This document shows, piece after piece, positions 15,137-28,409 of a stretch of 64,000 bases of DNA. Source of the DNA: Azolla caroliniana (Eukaryota; Plantae; Polypodiophyta); the NCBI GenBank assembly GCA_043228905.1, contig JBHGNT010000005.1:744001-808000 (forward strand). Direction: 5' to 3'. The position numbers and the translations under genes were made by a program. A model generated the notes under the pieces. It did not search any database, was not told where the DNA came from, and was given only the letters and a program-made list of their open reading frames with translations. Every line of letters begins with the position of its first letter. The stretch's first letter is position 1.

Positions 15137-17194
15137 CACTAAGTGTAGATGGAGTACTGTCAATTTTTCTCTCACTATGTCAGTAAGATGAACTGCAAAC
15201 TTGATCAGTGCACATATTTAGCACTACTAACATGTACACGATTTGCACTACATAAGTTTCTTTTATAGTGGATAACCTAAGAAAACGGTTGAGGCCACAC
15301 TCTGTTTATTAACCCTGGTTTCTATTGTGATGCTGAATATAGTTCCCTAGTAATTGGCAAGGAAATTATGTTGATGAATCAAAATCTATGTTTTTAATGT
15401 GGTTTCTTATTATCAATTGAATAAAAACCACACAGGTTCCAGCTGATCCAAATTACAGCTTGATATTCTATTTTGGAGCTGATAGGCCAATCACAAAAGG
15501 GTCTTTGCTAGACAGGTTTGTAAATGGTTCTGATGCTTTTCGAGATTCCCGCTTCAAGCTGATTCCTCGAATTGTTGAGGTAAGCATTTGCCCTATCTTA
15601 TAGCTTGGCTATGAATTTGTATTATTGTATGGAAGGGCAACTTAAGAGTTTCCCTCAGTGTGAGAGTATTTGTTTTTCAGTAAAAAGTAGTTACTGGCAT
15701 TTTGGGGAAATGAAATAACATGGGGTTTCCTCAAATAAATGAAACTTGGGTGCATTTAGAAAACAATGGTTAAGTGGGGGTCGTTTTCTATTTCAAATCC
15801 TCAAAATTTCTCAAGAAGTTTCATTTTCTTCAGGTTGAATGAAGAAATTTGTTATATGCACCTCAATATCAATATAAACTTTGAAATAAAATTCATCCAC
15901 ACTTAATACAGAACACTTTTCAGATATAGCTGATCAGAAGAAATTAGCAATATTCATGACGTAATCTAGACAACGGTTTGAATAGGCAACTTATAAACAC
16001 GTTTGGCATGTACCATATGCGACTTGAGTAACACCTACTTCAAATCCATCAAAGAACTCTATCAGATCACACACAAGAAATGAATGAGCTAAGATTTTAG
16101 AAGATTAAACTGGAGGGCAAAGATCTAACTTTGGTAATCTTGTTGGTAGGGTTATTGGCTTGTGAAGCGTGCTGTTGGCACAAAGGCATGCATACTTGGA
16201 AAAGCTGTGACTTGCTCCTATCTCCGTCAGCAGAATTTTTTGGAGGTAACCTTGTCATTGCGTTTGTGTGTTGAAAACATTTTTTGAAAGAACATAAATT
16301 CTGCCTGAATGTTTTTCATTTGGATATTATTAGATTTATAGTTTTCCGTTATGTCACTGCTAACAAATGCATATATCAAGCACATACATACGTTGGTATT
16401 TAAAATCTTGAAATTTTGAGTACTTCACAGATCCTAGATAACTAATAAGGGAGAAAAGTTATTCCACATGCAACATACATATAAATTATTAAACTTTGTA
16501 AAAATAAAGTATTTATGAGGTATATTATATGACACAATCTCATTAGCATATGCAATTTAGATGAGGCATACATAGTATGATACATGATCTCTAGCACATG
16601 CAGCATAGTGCTTGCCCATTAAATTTGTCTATTTCAACTGTTTAAAAGTAAGAAATCTTCAAATTATAATTGCCCTTTTATAGATTGACGTGGATATCGG
16701 ATCATCTTCTGTGGCAAGAGCCATCATTAATCTTGTTTTGGGACATATTACAAGCCTTGTGGTAGACATGGCTATCGTAATTGAGGTGCTATACTTACTT
16801 TCCTCAAATCTCTATACGTTTGTATTTGAAATCGTTATTGTAGAAGTTGAACTTATTATTGTATTACTTAATGAAGTGCATACTTGCAGTTGGTATTGTA
16901 GAAGCATGTTTCAGTGTGTGATTGAAGTTGTTATTATTGTGAGCATATTGAAGTGCAATGCATAGTTGAAGTGGTTATTGCAGACGCATATTGAAGTGCA
17001 TTATTAAATAATGTGAACTAATCATTTTGTAGAAACATACTGGAGTGCATTGTTGAATAATGAAAACTAATCACATTTCTCTAATTGGACAGGGAGCAAA
17101 TGAATCAGAACTTCCTGAATATCTTCTTGGCACAACACGAGCCATTCGTATTGAACTAGATGATGCAACTCCATACATTGACACCATGACATAA
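3681..17194 (+). CDS. EDR2L: ENHANCED DISEASE RESISTANCE 2-like protein (PH + START + DUF1336/EDR2_C), 23 coding exons
   Basis: Manually spliced in frame: 3681-3683, 3788-4042, 4454-4528, 4661-4714, 4810-4875, 5006-5055, 5147-5217, 5298-5420, 5551-5585, 5842-5942, 6025-6120, 7079-7143, 9011-9082, 9206-9373, 9795-10015, 11171-11228, 11299-11474, 12897-12998, 13589-13636, 15436-15579, 16150-16245, 16684-16785, 17093-17194. Family motifs: YHIGVNRLGHHYCHQRFLRIRG (PH); GHRPRVRRYA; WDVLTGDLNLIEAVDGH and DFVFSRTWRRD (START); FMVRGQSYLKD, LLKLLAVDWF, RFKLIPRIVEGYWLVKRAVGTKAC, EIDVDIGSSSVA and ELPEYLLG (DUF1336). The ATG-only first exon is inferred. Confidence 0.92.
6235..6805 (+). mobile_element. Non-LTR retrotransposon (LINE) reverse-transcriptase fragment in an EDR2L intron
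   Basis: Degenerate translation DHILTLRALI..CCLVDFRKAFDIV..GVKQGCPLSATLFGLYIDE..ILIYADDIVL, with frameshifts. Confidence 0.88.
7900..8400 (-). mobile_element. Degenerate 3' end of a LINE ORF2 (C-terminal Cys/His region) in an EDR2L intron
   Basis: Minus strand reads, with frameshifts, like QLRTSSH.LE....RY...DDQICLLCHRRVELEEH.....RYDCLFK.GSG....EYKDQ, recalled as a non-LTR C-terminal region. Not database-verified. Confidence 0.5.
16820..17070. repeat. Degenerate short tandem repeats in the last EDR2L intron
   Basis: Recurring ttgaagtg/gttattgtagaagcata motifs. Confidence 0.5.
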
Positions 17195-18612
17195 CACTCC
17201 CAACACAAAAATCTTGTTGTATTTCTCACTATGCATTCAGTTGATAATCGATATAAAGATTATTTGTCACATAAATCTTCACGTCTATGACATTCTAGGT
17301 TCTCAATGGTGCCTAAGATAAATGCGAGACAAACTCTTCATGAAATCATTCAAAAGAGTGAGTAATGTACTCCACAATAAATCTATACTAATGGTTTATT
17401 TCTCTCAGAGAATTTTCATAATTGTTATCACTTCAAGTTGATAGTTCTAGCTTCTAAAGTAATAGGTAACAAACACAAGATAAAAAACACATCTAAATCG
17501 AAAATAAACAATGGAAGATCTTTAGATTCTTAATTTTTCCCAAGACCAATATTGGTATGTGATGCTTGCTTGCAAACTTTTGCAAGAAAATTGCAATATA
17601 ACTAGATGGTTGATATAACATAAGATGTAATCCATAACTGTAAATAAGTTGCTATATTACTAAATAGTCGATGCAACATAAGCCATAATCCATTACCATA
17701 AGTTGCTTTCATACGACATTATTCCATGTTTATCGTGGTTGATCACATTGGCTATCCTCCTAGTTTTTATGGTTAAATGAAGGACTAGCTAATTTATATG
17801 AGACAATAAGATCATTTTATGGATTTTGTTTGTTGTGCATACTTTGTTGAGATGCCCTTGTTCTTAGTTTCAACAATATTTTATGAGTTCCAATTGAGAG
17901 CTCCATCATTTCTAACACACGCATTTGTTAAAAATCCTAAGGCTAGAACCAAGAAGTGCATTCACAATACTTTTAAAGAAATAAATTCTTAGCGTCAAAA
18001 GTTCAATGGTTGTAAATTACTTGTAATAACTCATTGCCATGAATGGGTTTGGTGATGGAGAATAGTAGCATTTAAGAGTGAGGCCATATGTATTGGCACT
18101 AAAACAAGTATGCTAACATCAACTCAACATCATGTAACCAACCACTTGGAGCTCCAACTTCCACAAACATTTCTTAAACTCATGTGCTATGTAATGTATC
18201 TAGTTTAGCTATTAATTGACCAAGCTCCTAGTGTGTTTCAAGCTGATGTATTAAATACATGTATCACATCTTCTCATTGAGTTTCAAATGTAGAATGTAT
18301 AGTAATTCTGCAATGCAAATTCACATTGTGCGTAAAACTAAGTTTTGCTCCAACGTAATGCGACATGAATACTAAATTATACAAGAAGAAAGGGGAAGAT
18401 CTTTCATATTAATGACACTCACCTTATATCTAATTAGCGTGGCAAAGATATCATTGATTATAATGAGAAGTAAGGAGTTGGGACTTCTCATTTAGGATCT
18501 TTGGTAAAATAACTCTCTCTAGACCTAAATTAAACTCAAAAGTCAAAACAAAATATTTAACGCCCTGTCATGTAAGTTCCATTGCACATGGCTTTGTTCT
18601 TTATAACATTTT

Positions 18613-18813
18613 GGCATTTTGATGAATATTGGCTTTATCGCCTATCTCGCTTCAATTTGAGATGAGAAGTTCATGGATAGGCATTTTGATGAATATTGGC
18701 TTTATCGCCTATCTCGCTTCAATTTGAGATGAGAAGTTCATGGATAGCCATTTTGATGAATATTGGCTTTGTCGCCTATCTTGCTTCAATTTGAGATGAG
18801 AAGCTCATAGATA
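18613..18813. repeat. 67-bp tandem repeat, three copies
   Basis: ggcattttgatgaatattggctttatcgcctatctcgcttcaatttgagatgagaagttcatggata starts at 18613, 18680 and 18747. Confidence 0.93.
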
Positions 18814-18851
18814 CCCAGAGGAATACAACCTTATTGTCACACCTTCTCTTG

Positions 18852-19552
18852 TGTTATGTAGATAGTCCCTCCCTTTCGGGGGAGTCGGCTAGTCGAAATC
18901 AGTTGGGAAGCCGACTCCGAAATCGGTCGAAAACCAAAATGGTATTTCAATCGAATGGGAGTCGGCCTAATAGAAGTTTGGATAAATGTGTGTGTGTTCT
19001 TAATTGTGTATATGAGATGGGCCAGTATATATAGTAAGAGTGGAACTAGCTACGTTTGTATGTGGGATAACTCACTGAGAGTAAAAACGGTGAGAAAAAG
19101 CGTGAAAGTATACTCAAGTGAAAAAGTGAGCGCGTGAGTTGTATAAGAATATCTATTGCAAGAAAAGAGCGATATAGAGAACAACTGAGAGTAAAAAATA
19201 TAGTAGTGGTTGTGCGGGTGCCATAGCTCAGAAGCTGTGTGAGAGGAAGAACGAAGAGAGCAACAGAAAGGAAGAGTGACAAAACTGAGAAGCTTGGGAA
19301 GCTTCGAAAGGTATAGATACCTACGAGTTAGGGTTTGGTGCACTCGGTTGAAATCGTGGTTTCAGAGCACACTCCGACCAGATCAGGTTCTATCATTCCG
19401 TGATTGTGTTTTGTTTTACCTCATAATGGAAATTTCTGTTCCCGTGGTTTTTCCTTGAAATCAAGGTTTTCCACGTAAATCGTGTGCTACTCATTTTATT
19501 TCTGTGTGTGTCTAAGTTTACTTGTAACTTCCGTCTGAGTGAAATCATATCA
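18852..19552 (+). mobile_element. Solo LTR (701 bp), probably Ty1/Copia, with 5-bp TSD TCTTG
   Basis: Starts TGTTATG and ends ATATCA. TCTTG lies at 18847-18851 and 19553-19557. TATA-like gtatatatagt at ~19025. Copia-type U5 motif cccgtggtttttcc...ggttttccacgtaaat at 19441-19480. Confidence 0.9.
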
Positions 19553-19957
19553 TCTTGTAGTTACCAAAATGCCATTTTTTCTTCAATGTACTTACCAAAA
19601 TGTCATTTGTTGTATGCTATTTTAGTTATATCTTCTCCATTGTTCTTAAAGATATTATAGTTATTTTATACTATTTTGGCATGTGATTTGCTTGTTTGCT
19701 CAGAAGATCTATCTCCTTGAAGTTTGAGATGTGTTTTGGCTTGTTTTTGCAGGTGATTATCGGGAATAGTGTGGTAAGATTGAAGCTTTAGAGCCGGTCA
19801 ACAGGCCACAAGGTGCTTGTAATGAGATAATTATTTCAAAGAGGAACATTTTGAGAGAAATCAAATGTTAGAGAGAGAAGGAAAGCGAGGGTGGAGCTAG
19901 TTATTTTATGTGTGATCCTGGCAAAATTGTTTGTTAGAAGACTGAAATACATATGTA

Positions 19958-20120
19958 CATGTAAGGGACGCCTTCCCTTTAATGTTGGAACAATTGGTAT
20001 CGTCAGGCTTCCAGAATTTTGTTCATAGCTAGCAACATACATGCAGGGGACGACTTCTCTTTAACGTTGGAACAATTTGTATTGTTAGGCTTACCAATTT
20101 TTTATTTTATTCATAGCCTG
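19958..20120. repeat. Imperfect ~81-bp tandem duplication
   Basis: acatg(t/c)a(a/g)gggacg..ttc.ctttaa(t/c)gttggaacaatt(g/t)gtat.gt.aggctt occurs twice. Confidence 0.7.
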
Positions 20121-21570
20121 GTATTATCATATGATATGTAACAATTTGAATGTGCAACAACAATATATATTGTAACTCAAAAGTTTACCCTTTATGTGCA
20201 TATTGCAAAACATTTTGTTTATTGACTATGGTTGATCCAATACTCATAATTTGATGATGGCAGAAAGATATGGACAAAGCTGTAGAAAAGAAAGTGCAGA
20301 ATTTGTGTATTTGTAAATTGTGAGCATCATGATGAATGATCAAAACGATAAGAAATTGAGGTTTTTTGCGTGCTCATATAAATGCTAAAACCCTAGTTTA
20401 TCTCTTACTCATTGGAATGATCTACAAGTCTTTTTTTGTTAACAAGTGAAGAGTCAGTTGATCTTTCAAAGATTTCACTCTCATTAGGAAAAAAAGTAAA
20501 AGTAACCATGTAATGAATAAAATTGTTGCATTTGGAGAGGATAAGATCCATATTGTTCGCATTTTAAATCGAAACATGGGTTGCATTCTATTTGATCTTT
20601 ATGTCGATTGATTAAGAGATTAATATGTGAAGCATGCGTAAATGAGGCAAGACACAATTACATTACACGTCAACAACTGTTAATATGCTTGTGTCGGAGA
20701 GTGTCTTAAACACTAGATAAAGCTATTAGAAAGTGCTAAGGTGATGTTTGATCTGTGTGCTTTCCATCAAATTGTGTCTCTAAAAGAGGAAGATAACGCC
20801 ATTGTGTTGTGCATGATGTGGTGGAGAATCAATCAGAAGCCGATCTTATGCTCATTATGAACATTCTCACTCGCCAAAGTAGTTATGTAAAGAATATGTG
20901 CGTGCATCACCAATTTCTTGGGCAAGAACAAATTACTAGTGGTTATTTGGATAGACCTCGCATAGCCTATTCAAGCAATGTTTGTTTCCTCCAATGGACA
21001 AGATTTTGGGCACTTTTCAGACGATTTGGATGGCCTAGAAAATCGCAAGGTTTTAATTTAAAAGACCAAATGCAGGATGTTAGCTTCTCTAAAGCAATTC
21101 CTCCAACAAAAACAGTCTCGAACATGCTTCTTTAAAGCAATTCCTCCGGCATAACAATCTCTATTCGTATGTCTGTCGTGACAACACAACTTCATAAAAA
21201 GAGCTTTAGCATCTACACAAACACACTTCATACGCATTTAGTCTTAACGAAGAAAGAGAGAGCAATAAAAGCATTAACATGGAAACATGTAACGGACTCG
21301 TAAAAGGGAACAACGAGGAGATATGGTATGCACACTTGGCCCGCTTAAATCTTTTTGTATAAGTATAATGCCCTTCTTTCTCATGTCTCTTCTTCTTCTT
21401 TCTTGATCACCAACAGTTAATACCATATTTTGGCCATCTACATTTTTGACTCTCCTTCCCCATCAGGCCAAAAATGTAAATAACAAATATTATTAACATC
21501 TCTCTCTCTCTCTCTCTCTCTCTCTTCCTGCCTGCATTCTGCTTGTTTCTCTGATAGAGTAAAATCACTA

Positions 21571-21746
21571 ACAGTTGCAGTTTTTCTTCAGTTTCTGTAT
21601 AAATCTCTCTCTCACAGTTGCAGTTTTCCTTCAGTTTCTCTGTGTAAATCTTTACTTCTCCCTCTCTTTCTCTCTCTCTCTCTCTCACAGTTGCAGTTTT
21701 CCTTCAGTTTCTCTGTGTAAATCTTTATTTCTCCCTCTCTTTCTCT
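21571..21746 (+). repeat. Triplicated pyrimidine-rich module in the UBP1 5' leader
   Basis: acagttgcagtttt(t/c)cttcagtttct.. occurs at 21571, ~21615 and ~21687, separated by CT tracts. Confidence 0.8.
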
Positions 21747-21776
21747 ACCCCAAGAGGAGGAGAGAAGTTGAACGCC

Positions 21777-22028
21777 ATGTTCGCCATCACTCCCTCCTCG
21801 TCCTCTTCTGAAGATCAGCAGAACCTTCATCATTATCAGAATCAGAATCATGATCATCAGAATCAGAACCTCCATCTTCACCTCCAATTGCAGCAGCAGC
21901 AGCAACTCCTGAAGCAGCAGCAGCAGCTCATCATCCAGCAAGCCATGCTTCAGCAACAGCATCATCACCATCTCTACCATCCTGCTCTCCTCGCTGCCAT
22001 GTCACAGGTATATCTCACACCACTGCAG

Positions 22029-22088
<60 letters not shown>

Positions 22089-25000
22089 ACCAACCCCTAC
22101 TATGTCTCTTCTCGAATTTCTTCCTCCATTCTTCATCTCTGAAAGGCCAAAAAAAAAAAACACTAGCGTCTCTTCGAAACCGCCCTTCATGTTTTCCTCA
22201 CGTTGAAGATAGAATCCTTTCATGGCCGTGCTTTCTTTGCATTCTTGTATTTTTTTTGAATCCTGACATCTTGGCCTTTTTCACGTTCTTTCATCTGTTT
22301 CTCAATTTTTTGCCGTGTGTTACTGGACTTGTATAATACTTTCAAGACAGCTGAATTTCTTTGCGTTTTTCTTGCTTTTCTAGTAGTTCCTTTTGTTGCG
22401 GGCAGAATCGTTGAAAAAACCCCTTTTCGCTTCTATCTCTCCTTCTTTCTATTGTACTTTCTTGGATTTCCTGCTTCTGGAAGTCATGCCACAGTATAAT
22501 CTCTTCCTTCTGCAGTTTCTCGGTATGGCGATCTCGGAGTAGAATCAAGTGTCAAGGATAAGTCTTTCCTCCTAATTTCTATTTTCTCTTGTGTTTCATG
22601 GCTTCGTTGCTCAAACAAATCCTCAAACCCTAATTTCTTGTCCTTCCTCTCCTTTCTTGAATCGTCGTGGCCTTGCTTCTTTCTGCCGGGCTGAAGATAA
22701 GTCTCTGAAAGCCCTATTTCGTGTATTTTGAATTCTGATTTGCCCTCCTATTTGCTTGCCATTTTTCCTGTCACAATTAAATCTTTAAGTTAGTTTGTTT
22801 CACATTTTTTGATGGGTCTTCTCCTTCAGGACAGTTCTTTATCTGTATCTTCACTTGTCTTTACCATTGTTTATGGTATGTAAAATTTTATGGGCTTCTC
22901 TTTATGATAAGAAACATTATTTAAGTTAGAAACATGGTAATTTGTTAGGACCAAGCAATGTTGGGATATTTGTGCTAGATCACTTTTACTCATTCATAAG
23001 ACACTCATATATTTTTTCTAAGGTTATTCTCAAGAAGGACTTTGATTTAATACGCTCCATGTTTTCTATGTTGAAATTCTGCGATTCTATATGTTTTTGG
23101 TTCTTATCAATATATATGTATCCGAGCATTAGAAAGCCCATTCAAAAGGATAAGAGAATTTCCTTGTTTGGTATTATAGTTAACAGATAAGCGGAAGCTG
23201 TAACAAGAGTTCCCTTTACTTTGGAAATACGAGTTTTTGCTTGACCTTGAATTTTGCTACTTCTTTATTTTGCAATTTGTTTTTTTGGTTCAAGAATGAC
23301 CAAAGCTATTTAGTCTGTTTGAGTATGACATTTCCGTTTTCATTTTCTTTTTATATATTCCCTGTATTTTGTCTGCATGTTTTTTTATTTTTTACGTTTT
23401 CTACTCTTCCATTTTTTTCCATTTCTTTTTGCAGATTGAGCCAATTCCAAGTGGAAATCTACCACCAGGATTTGATGCTACATCATGCCGCAGTGTGTGA
23501 GTCACCATCAGCATATTCACTTTGTTTTTTTGGGGTTTCCATTTTACTTCAAAATTCTACCTTTTTTTGTTTTTCTTTGAGAGACAGGTCTGTTTACAGG
23601 ATGTTTTAGCTATTTTTGTAAACATTGCCACCTACCTACACAAATAGAAATGATAGTAAAGTGTTTACATATAGATAGAGACACATAACAACTTGGATTA
23701 TTTTGCTTAACAGGTACACTTTTCTGAAGAGTCTTATTTCTTGTTTATCTTTAACTTGTTTTTCTCTTGCAGATATGTGGGAAATATTCATCCGAAAGTG
23801 ACGGAAGCACTTCTTGCTGAGGTTTTTACAGCAATAGGTCCCCTTGCGGGCTGCAAACTTATCAGAAAAGAGAAGGTTTAGTGGCACTAAACTACCTTGC
23901 AAATTTTCTGTTTATCATCTAAATATGCATGTCAATCCCAAAATAGAATGATGAGAATATTTGTAGTCTTTTATGTTGTTTTTTTAAATCTTCATGAACT
24001 TTTAAGATAGGTCTTTTTATTTTGTCTTCTAAGACGGGAATTAGTCGCTGTTCTAATGAAATGATGCTAAGTTTTTTCTGTCCTTGGCAGTCATCATATG
24101 GTTTTGTTGATTACATAGATCATCGTGCTGCTGCTGCTGCTATTGTAACTCTTAATGGTAGGCAAATGTGAGTACTCTGGGATTTGCTTTGCTTGAATTT
24201 CAGCAACATTTAATAATTGAATTTCAGCAACAGTCCTCTTATGCATTTTTCTGATTATTGATGGCAGTTTCACGCAACCCATTAAAGTTAATTGGGCTTA
24301 TGCAAGTGGGCAAAGAGAAGATACGACAGGTACATTATATCTGTCATAAGCCCTATATTTTAGCTATATTTGATTTGATGTTCACATTTTAAGTCATCTT
24401 GAATAATGCTTTGCAGGACATTATAATGTGTTTGTTGGTGACCTTAGTGCAGATGTCACTGATGCAGCATTGTTTACATTCTTTAGTGTGTTTCCCAGTT
24501 GCTCGTAAGTAATTCTATATGTACATTCCAGGTCTTCTTTAAGCAATTAAAATCATTGTGTGAGGAAACTGCATGTATATCTACATCCACTGTAAAACAT
24601 TGTGGATGAATGGATTCTTAAGGGGATGTCTGTCATTAATGGATGGATGGATGTAATGTTGCATTATGAAATTAGGTGTGCGGAAAACTCCACTATGCAG
24701 TTCTGTTGTTGATCTAGTAAAGCAAATAGTTAATATCACTATGCAAGGAAGCTGCATTTGCAGCTGCTTTTGTTGTAGAAAACTATACATGAATGGGTTC
24801 GTACGAGGGATGAATTTCATTAGTTGTTGGATGTATTGTTGAATTATCAAACTAGAAAGGTGGAAAACTTCTATATATGATTGTTGCATTGATTCAGTAA
24901 TAGCTCGAAGTTTATGCCTTACATTTGTACATTCTATATATGCATAACAGATCCCATAATACTGTCCTTAACATATACTAAGGAACATGTTAACATATGT

Positions 25001-28000
25001 GTATACTTGCATGCATACATCTTTGAAGTATACACCCGCTGGCTTTGTACATTTATACTCTTCATTAATCAATCTATTCAACCTTTTTTTCCATATCTAC
25101 CAAATCGCATACTATCATTTCTTCTTGTAATGCTCTATGGCATTCTTGTCTATTGTTTGTGCCGATATTCTTGTATTGTATGACATTTATATTTATTCTA
25201 TTAGGCCATAAACGTCACCTTTTTCCTATTGAGATGGGAGGAAATAAACTATTTTAATTATCTGGATCTCTGTTAAAATCATTTTGGCATCCTCTCTTAT
25301 AATCACTCCTAGCAACACATATAAGAGTCACTTTCTCAAGCACTTTACTTGCACATAATTAGACTGGGTTAGGGATTCCAATCTTTTATTCAAAATTTCT
25401 ACAGAGATGCACGTGTCATGTGGGATCAGAGAACGGGGAGATCACGAGGGTTTGGCTTCGTTTCTTTTAGAAATCAACAGGTAGAGTAACATATGTCATC
25501 TAGTATAAATGAAAATTGATTGTTGGTTTGGTAAAAACTTGCTGTACTCTACTGCTCAATGACCCACAATAAAATTATTGTTTTTTTACAGGATGCAGAT
25601 AAGGCTATTAATGAGATGACAGGTAAACACATTTTTGCTTTTCCATTTTAGATGCTACATGTTTTTCCATTTTGTGTTTTTGAAGTTAATTGATCTGTTT
25701 CTGTCATTCAGGTAAGTGGCTATGTAGTAGAGCAATACGATGCAATTGGGCAACCAAGTCTGGCGCAGCCCCAGGTCAAAGTGAAGAGCAAGCCACAGGT
25801 GCAAGTTCTGTTGCAGATGCTTCTATTGGAATTACAAATACTTCCTTCAGTGCAAGTGGTAGGTATTTGGACCCTGTTAAATGCTATTAAAACACCAGAC
25901 AATATCTAAGTTTTTCTTTATTTTCCAAAATTTCCTTTGTCAACCCTGTGTCAATCAGTTCTATGTGCCATTTGATCAGTTTTCTTCATTCTCAATTAAA
26001 TGTGATATTTCAGCATTATATTGGGTACCTTTTCTGTTTTTGGGCATAGATCAGGGTTATGCAGGTGAATAATGAAAACAGAGGAGTAATTAGTTTGGCT
26101 AGTCATTTTGGGTCCTACATGATTTTTAAACATTGCAGTGTGGAATCTTCTTTTTGCTTTTCTTTTTATCCAAAAATGGAATTTTCTTTCAAACAAGATT
26201 GTTAAATCATATGATACAGTACATATACCTCGTACAACAAAACAGTGTATTACAGCATTTAAAGATTTATATAATACAAGATGAAAAATGGTGAAAAATC
26301 CAATCATGAAATTTAAATACAAGATGATAAATATGGTAAAATTTAAGAATAAAATTCTCAAGCATTAACACCCAATACACTGGATTAAGAGCAAAATGCT
26401 CCAATTGGGTAATTTTTAAACTGCTTCCAATCCTACCAAAAATATCCCAAATTCCTTGACCTTCAATATGTAATTTTCTCTTATGATTATTGTTCATTAG
26501 ACTGAAGGTTGTCCATTATCATGATCCTTCTCTGTGCATGTAGAAAATGCACAAGAATTCTGAAGTTGTGAGAGAATTAACTTTGAAGTTAGAAGTAAAA
26601 CAACAAACGAAAAGAAAAGAAAAGAATTACAGAGGAGAAAGAAGAAACATAATTAGATATGAGGATGGGGAGGAAAGTTGTAAATTTTCTAGTATTTGGA
26701 ATTAGTGCCCACTTGAGGTGAATAGATAATATCATTTTTATTTGATGACTTTGATCTTAAGACTTTTCTCTGTTTGTATTCAGTTCAATTAGGGGTGGTT
26801 TTTGTTTTAGTACAATTCTCTGTTGATCTGTTTTATTTCCACTTTGCAGATAACTTCATGTGTTTCTAGAAAAATTCTAGTCAGCTGTTAACTGATCAAG
26901 TTCTAAATTATGTTTTTCTTTTAACGTGGAGTAGTTGATAGCTTCTGTTCATCTTTTTGGCTTTTAGTTGTAATTATTTAGTTTTTGTCTGTTTTCCGCT
27001 GCTGTTCTTTGCCTGACTATTTTCTCTCTGATATTACTTAATTTAATATTTAAAATCTGTTTAAAAACCTGATCCTCTTGCCTATAGGCGTTCATGCTGT
27101 ATAGCTTTTTTAATGCAGCTGTCTTGTCTATCTCATTTAGGACTGTGATTTAGGAGCTCTTAAATTCAGGCATTTACATTGCTGTCCTCATAGCCTTTTT
27201 TTGTTCAACACATCTTGTCAGTTTAATAGAGAATCATATTGGATGCTGTCCTCAGAATCACATCAAGACGGAGAAGGAGCTCTCAACGAAGCTCCTGAAA
27301 ATAATCCTCAATATACTACTGTGTATGTTGGCAACCTTGCACATGAGGTAAAATTGTACCTACATCTGATGTATAGTTCCAATGAGACAATGGCATTATA
27401 TTATGTATCCTTCCTCACCGGAACGAACTGCTTAATTTATTTGTTTACCAGGTTAGCCAAGCTGAACTTCATAGACAATTCCACATGCTAGGAGCTGGAA
27501 TTATCGAGGATGTGCGTGTCCAAAGAGAGAAAGGTTTTGGTTTTGTTAGGTATAGAACGCATGAAGAAGCTGCTTATGCAATTCAAGCTGCCAATGGGAG
27601 GATCATGGGTGGAAAATCTGTGAAGGTATACGTCAATGTTGTTATTTTGCTGATACTATTGTCACACAGAAAATGCTGTAAAAACACGAGACATACCCAG
27701 ACTTTAGGAGAATGACCTTCGGTTTTAAATATCACCAGAATACCCTTCGTATTAGTATATTGGAAAATAAACACTGAAATACTCTTTAAGATTTTTCCTT
27801 TATTTCCCCAAATGCTAGGATAAGCTTCTGAAAGAGTGACAATATAATTCCTCAAATGGCACATATAATTAAGAGAAAGGGATGATCTCTGACCATAGTA
27901 TCAATTGGTCAAGAGCGGTTTACAAAGGGCATATGGGTGAAAATAATGAAAACGCAGGCTTTTGGGGAAATAACAGAAAACATGTAGAATATTTTGAAAT

Positions 28001-28409
28001 TTATAGAGGTAATATTCTGGTGTATGGGTATTTTTGTGTTTGTTGCAAAACAAATTCCGTAGGAAAATTCTGTCCGAGTTTTTGTTCATTTAATTTATTT
28101 GGGATTCATGTATATCAGTGTTCATGGGGAACAAAGCCAACACCACCTGGAGCAGCAACATCTTCTCTGCCTCTTACTGCACCGATGTTGCCACTTCAAG
28201 GATTCATGTCTTCTAGCTTTAGCCAAGGTTATACTGCAGCATCAGATTTATTAGCTTATCAAAGGCAACTTGCATTAGCTCAAGGTGGCCCTAGTGCTTT
28301 ATTACCGCTTCCAAGTCAGAATATGGGTTTAACAGGAATTGGCATGGGCTCTAGGGCAGGATATGATAGTAACCTTCAAATGGGTTTAGGACAACATCAA
28401 ATGTTGTAA
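21777..28409 (+). CDS. UBP1: Oligouridylate-binding protein 1 (UBP1; TIA-1-like, Q/H-rich N-terminus plus three RRMs), 12 exons
   Basis: Spliced in frame: 21777-22007, 23435-23496, 23773-23875, 24091-24167, 24268-24329, 24417-24504, 25405-25480, 25592-25622, 25712-25858, 27256-27347, 27452-27625, 28119-28409. Motifs: [111 protein letters not shown]. Confidence 0.95.

Noticed and set aside
18613-18813. 67-bp repeats as a CRISPR-like array
   Set aside because: The units are contiguous near-identical tandem copies with no unique spacers, there are no cas genes, and the context is eukaryotic.
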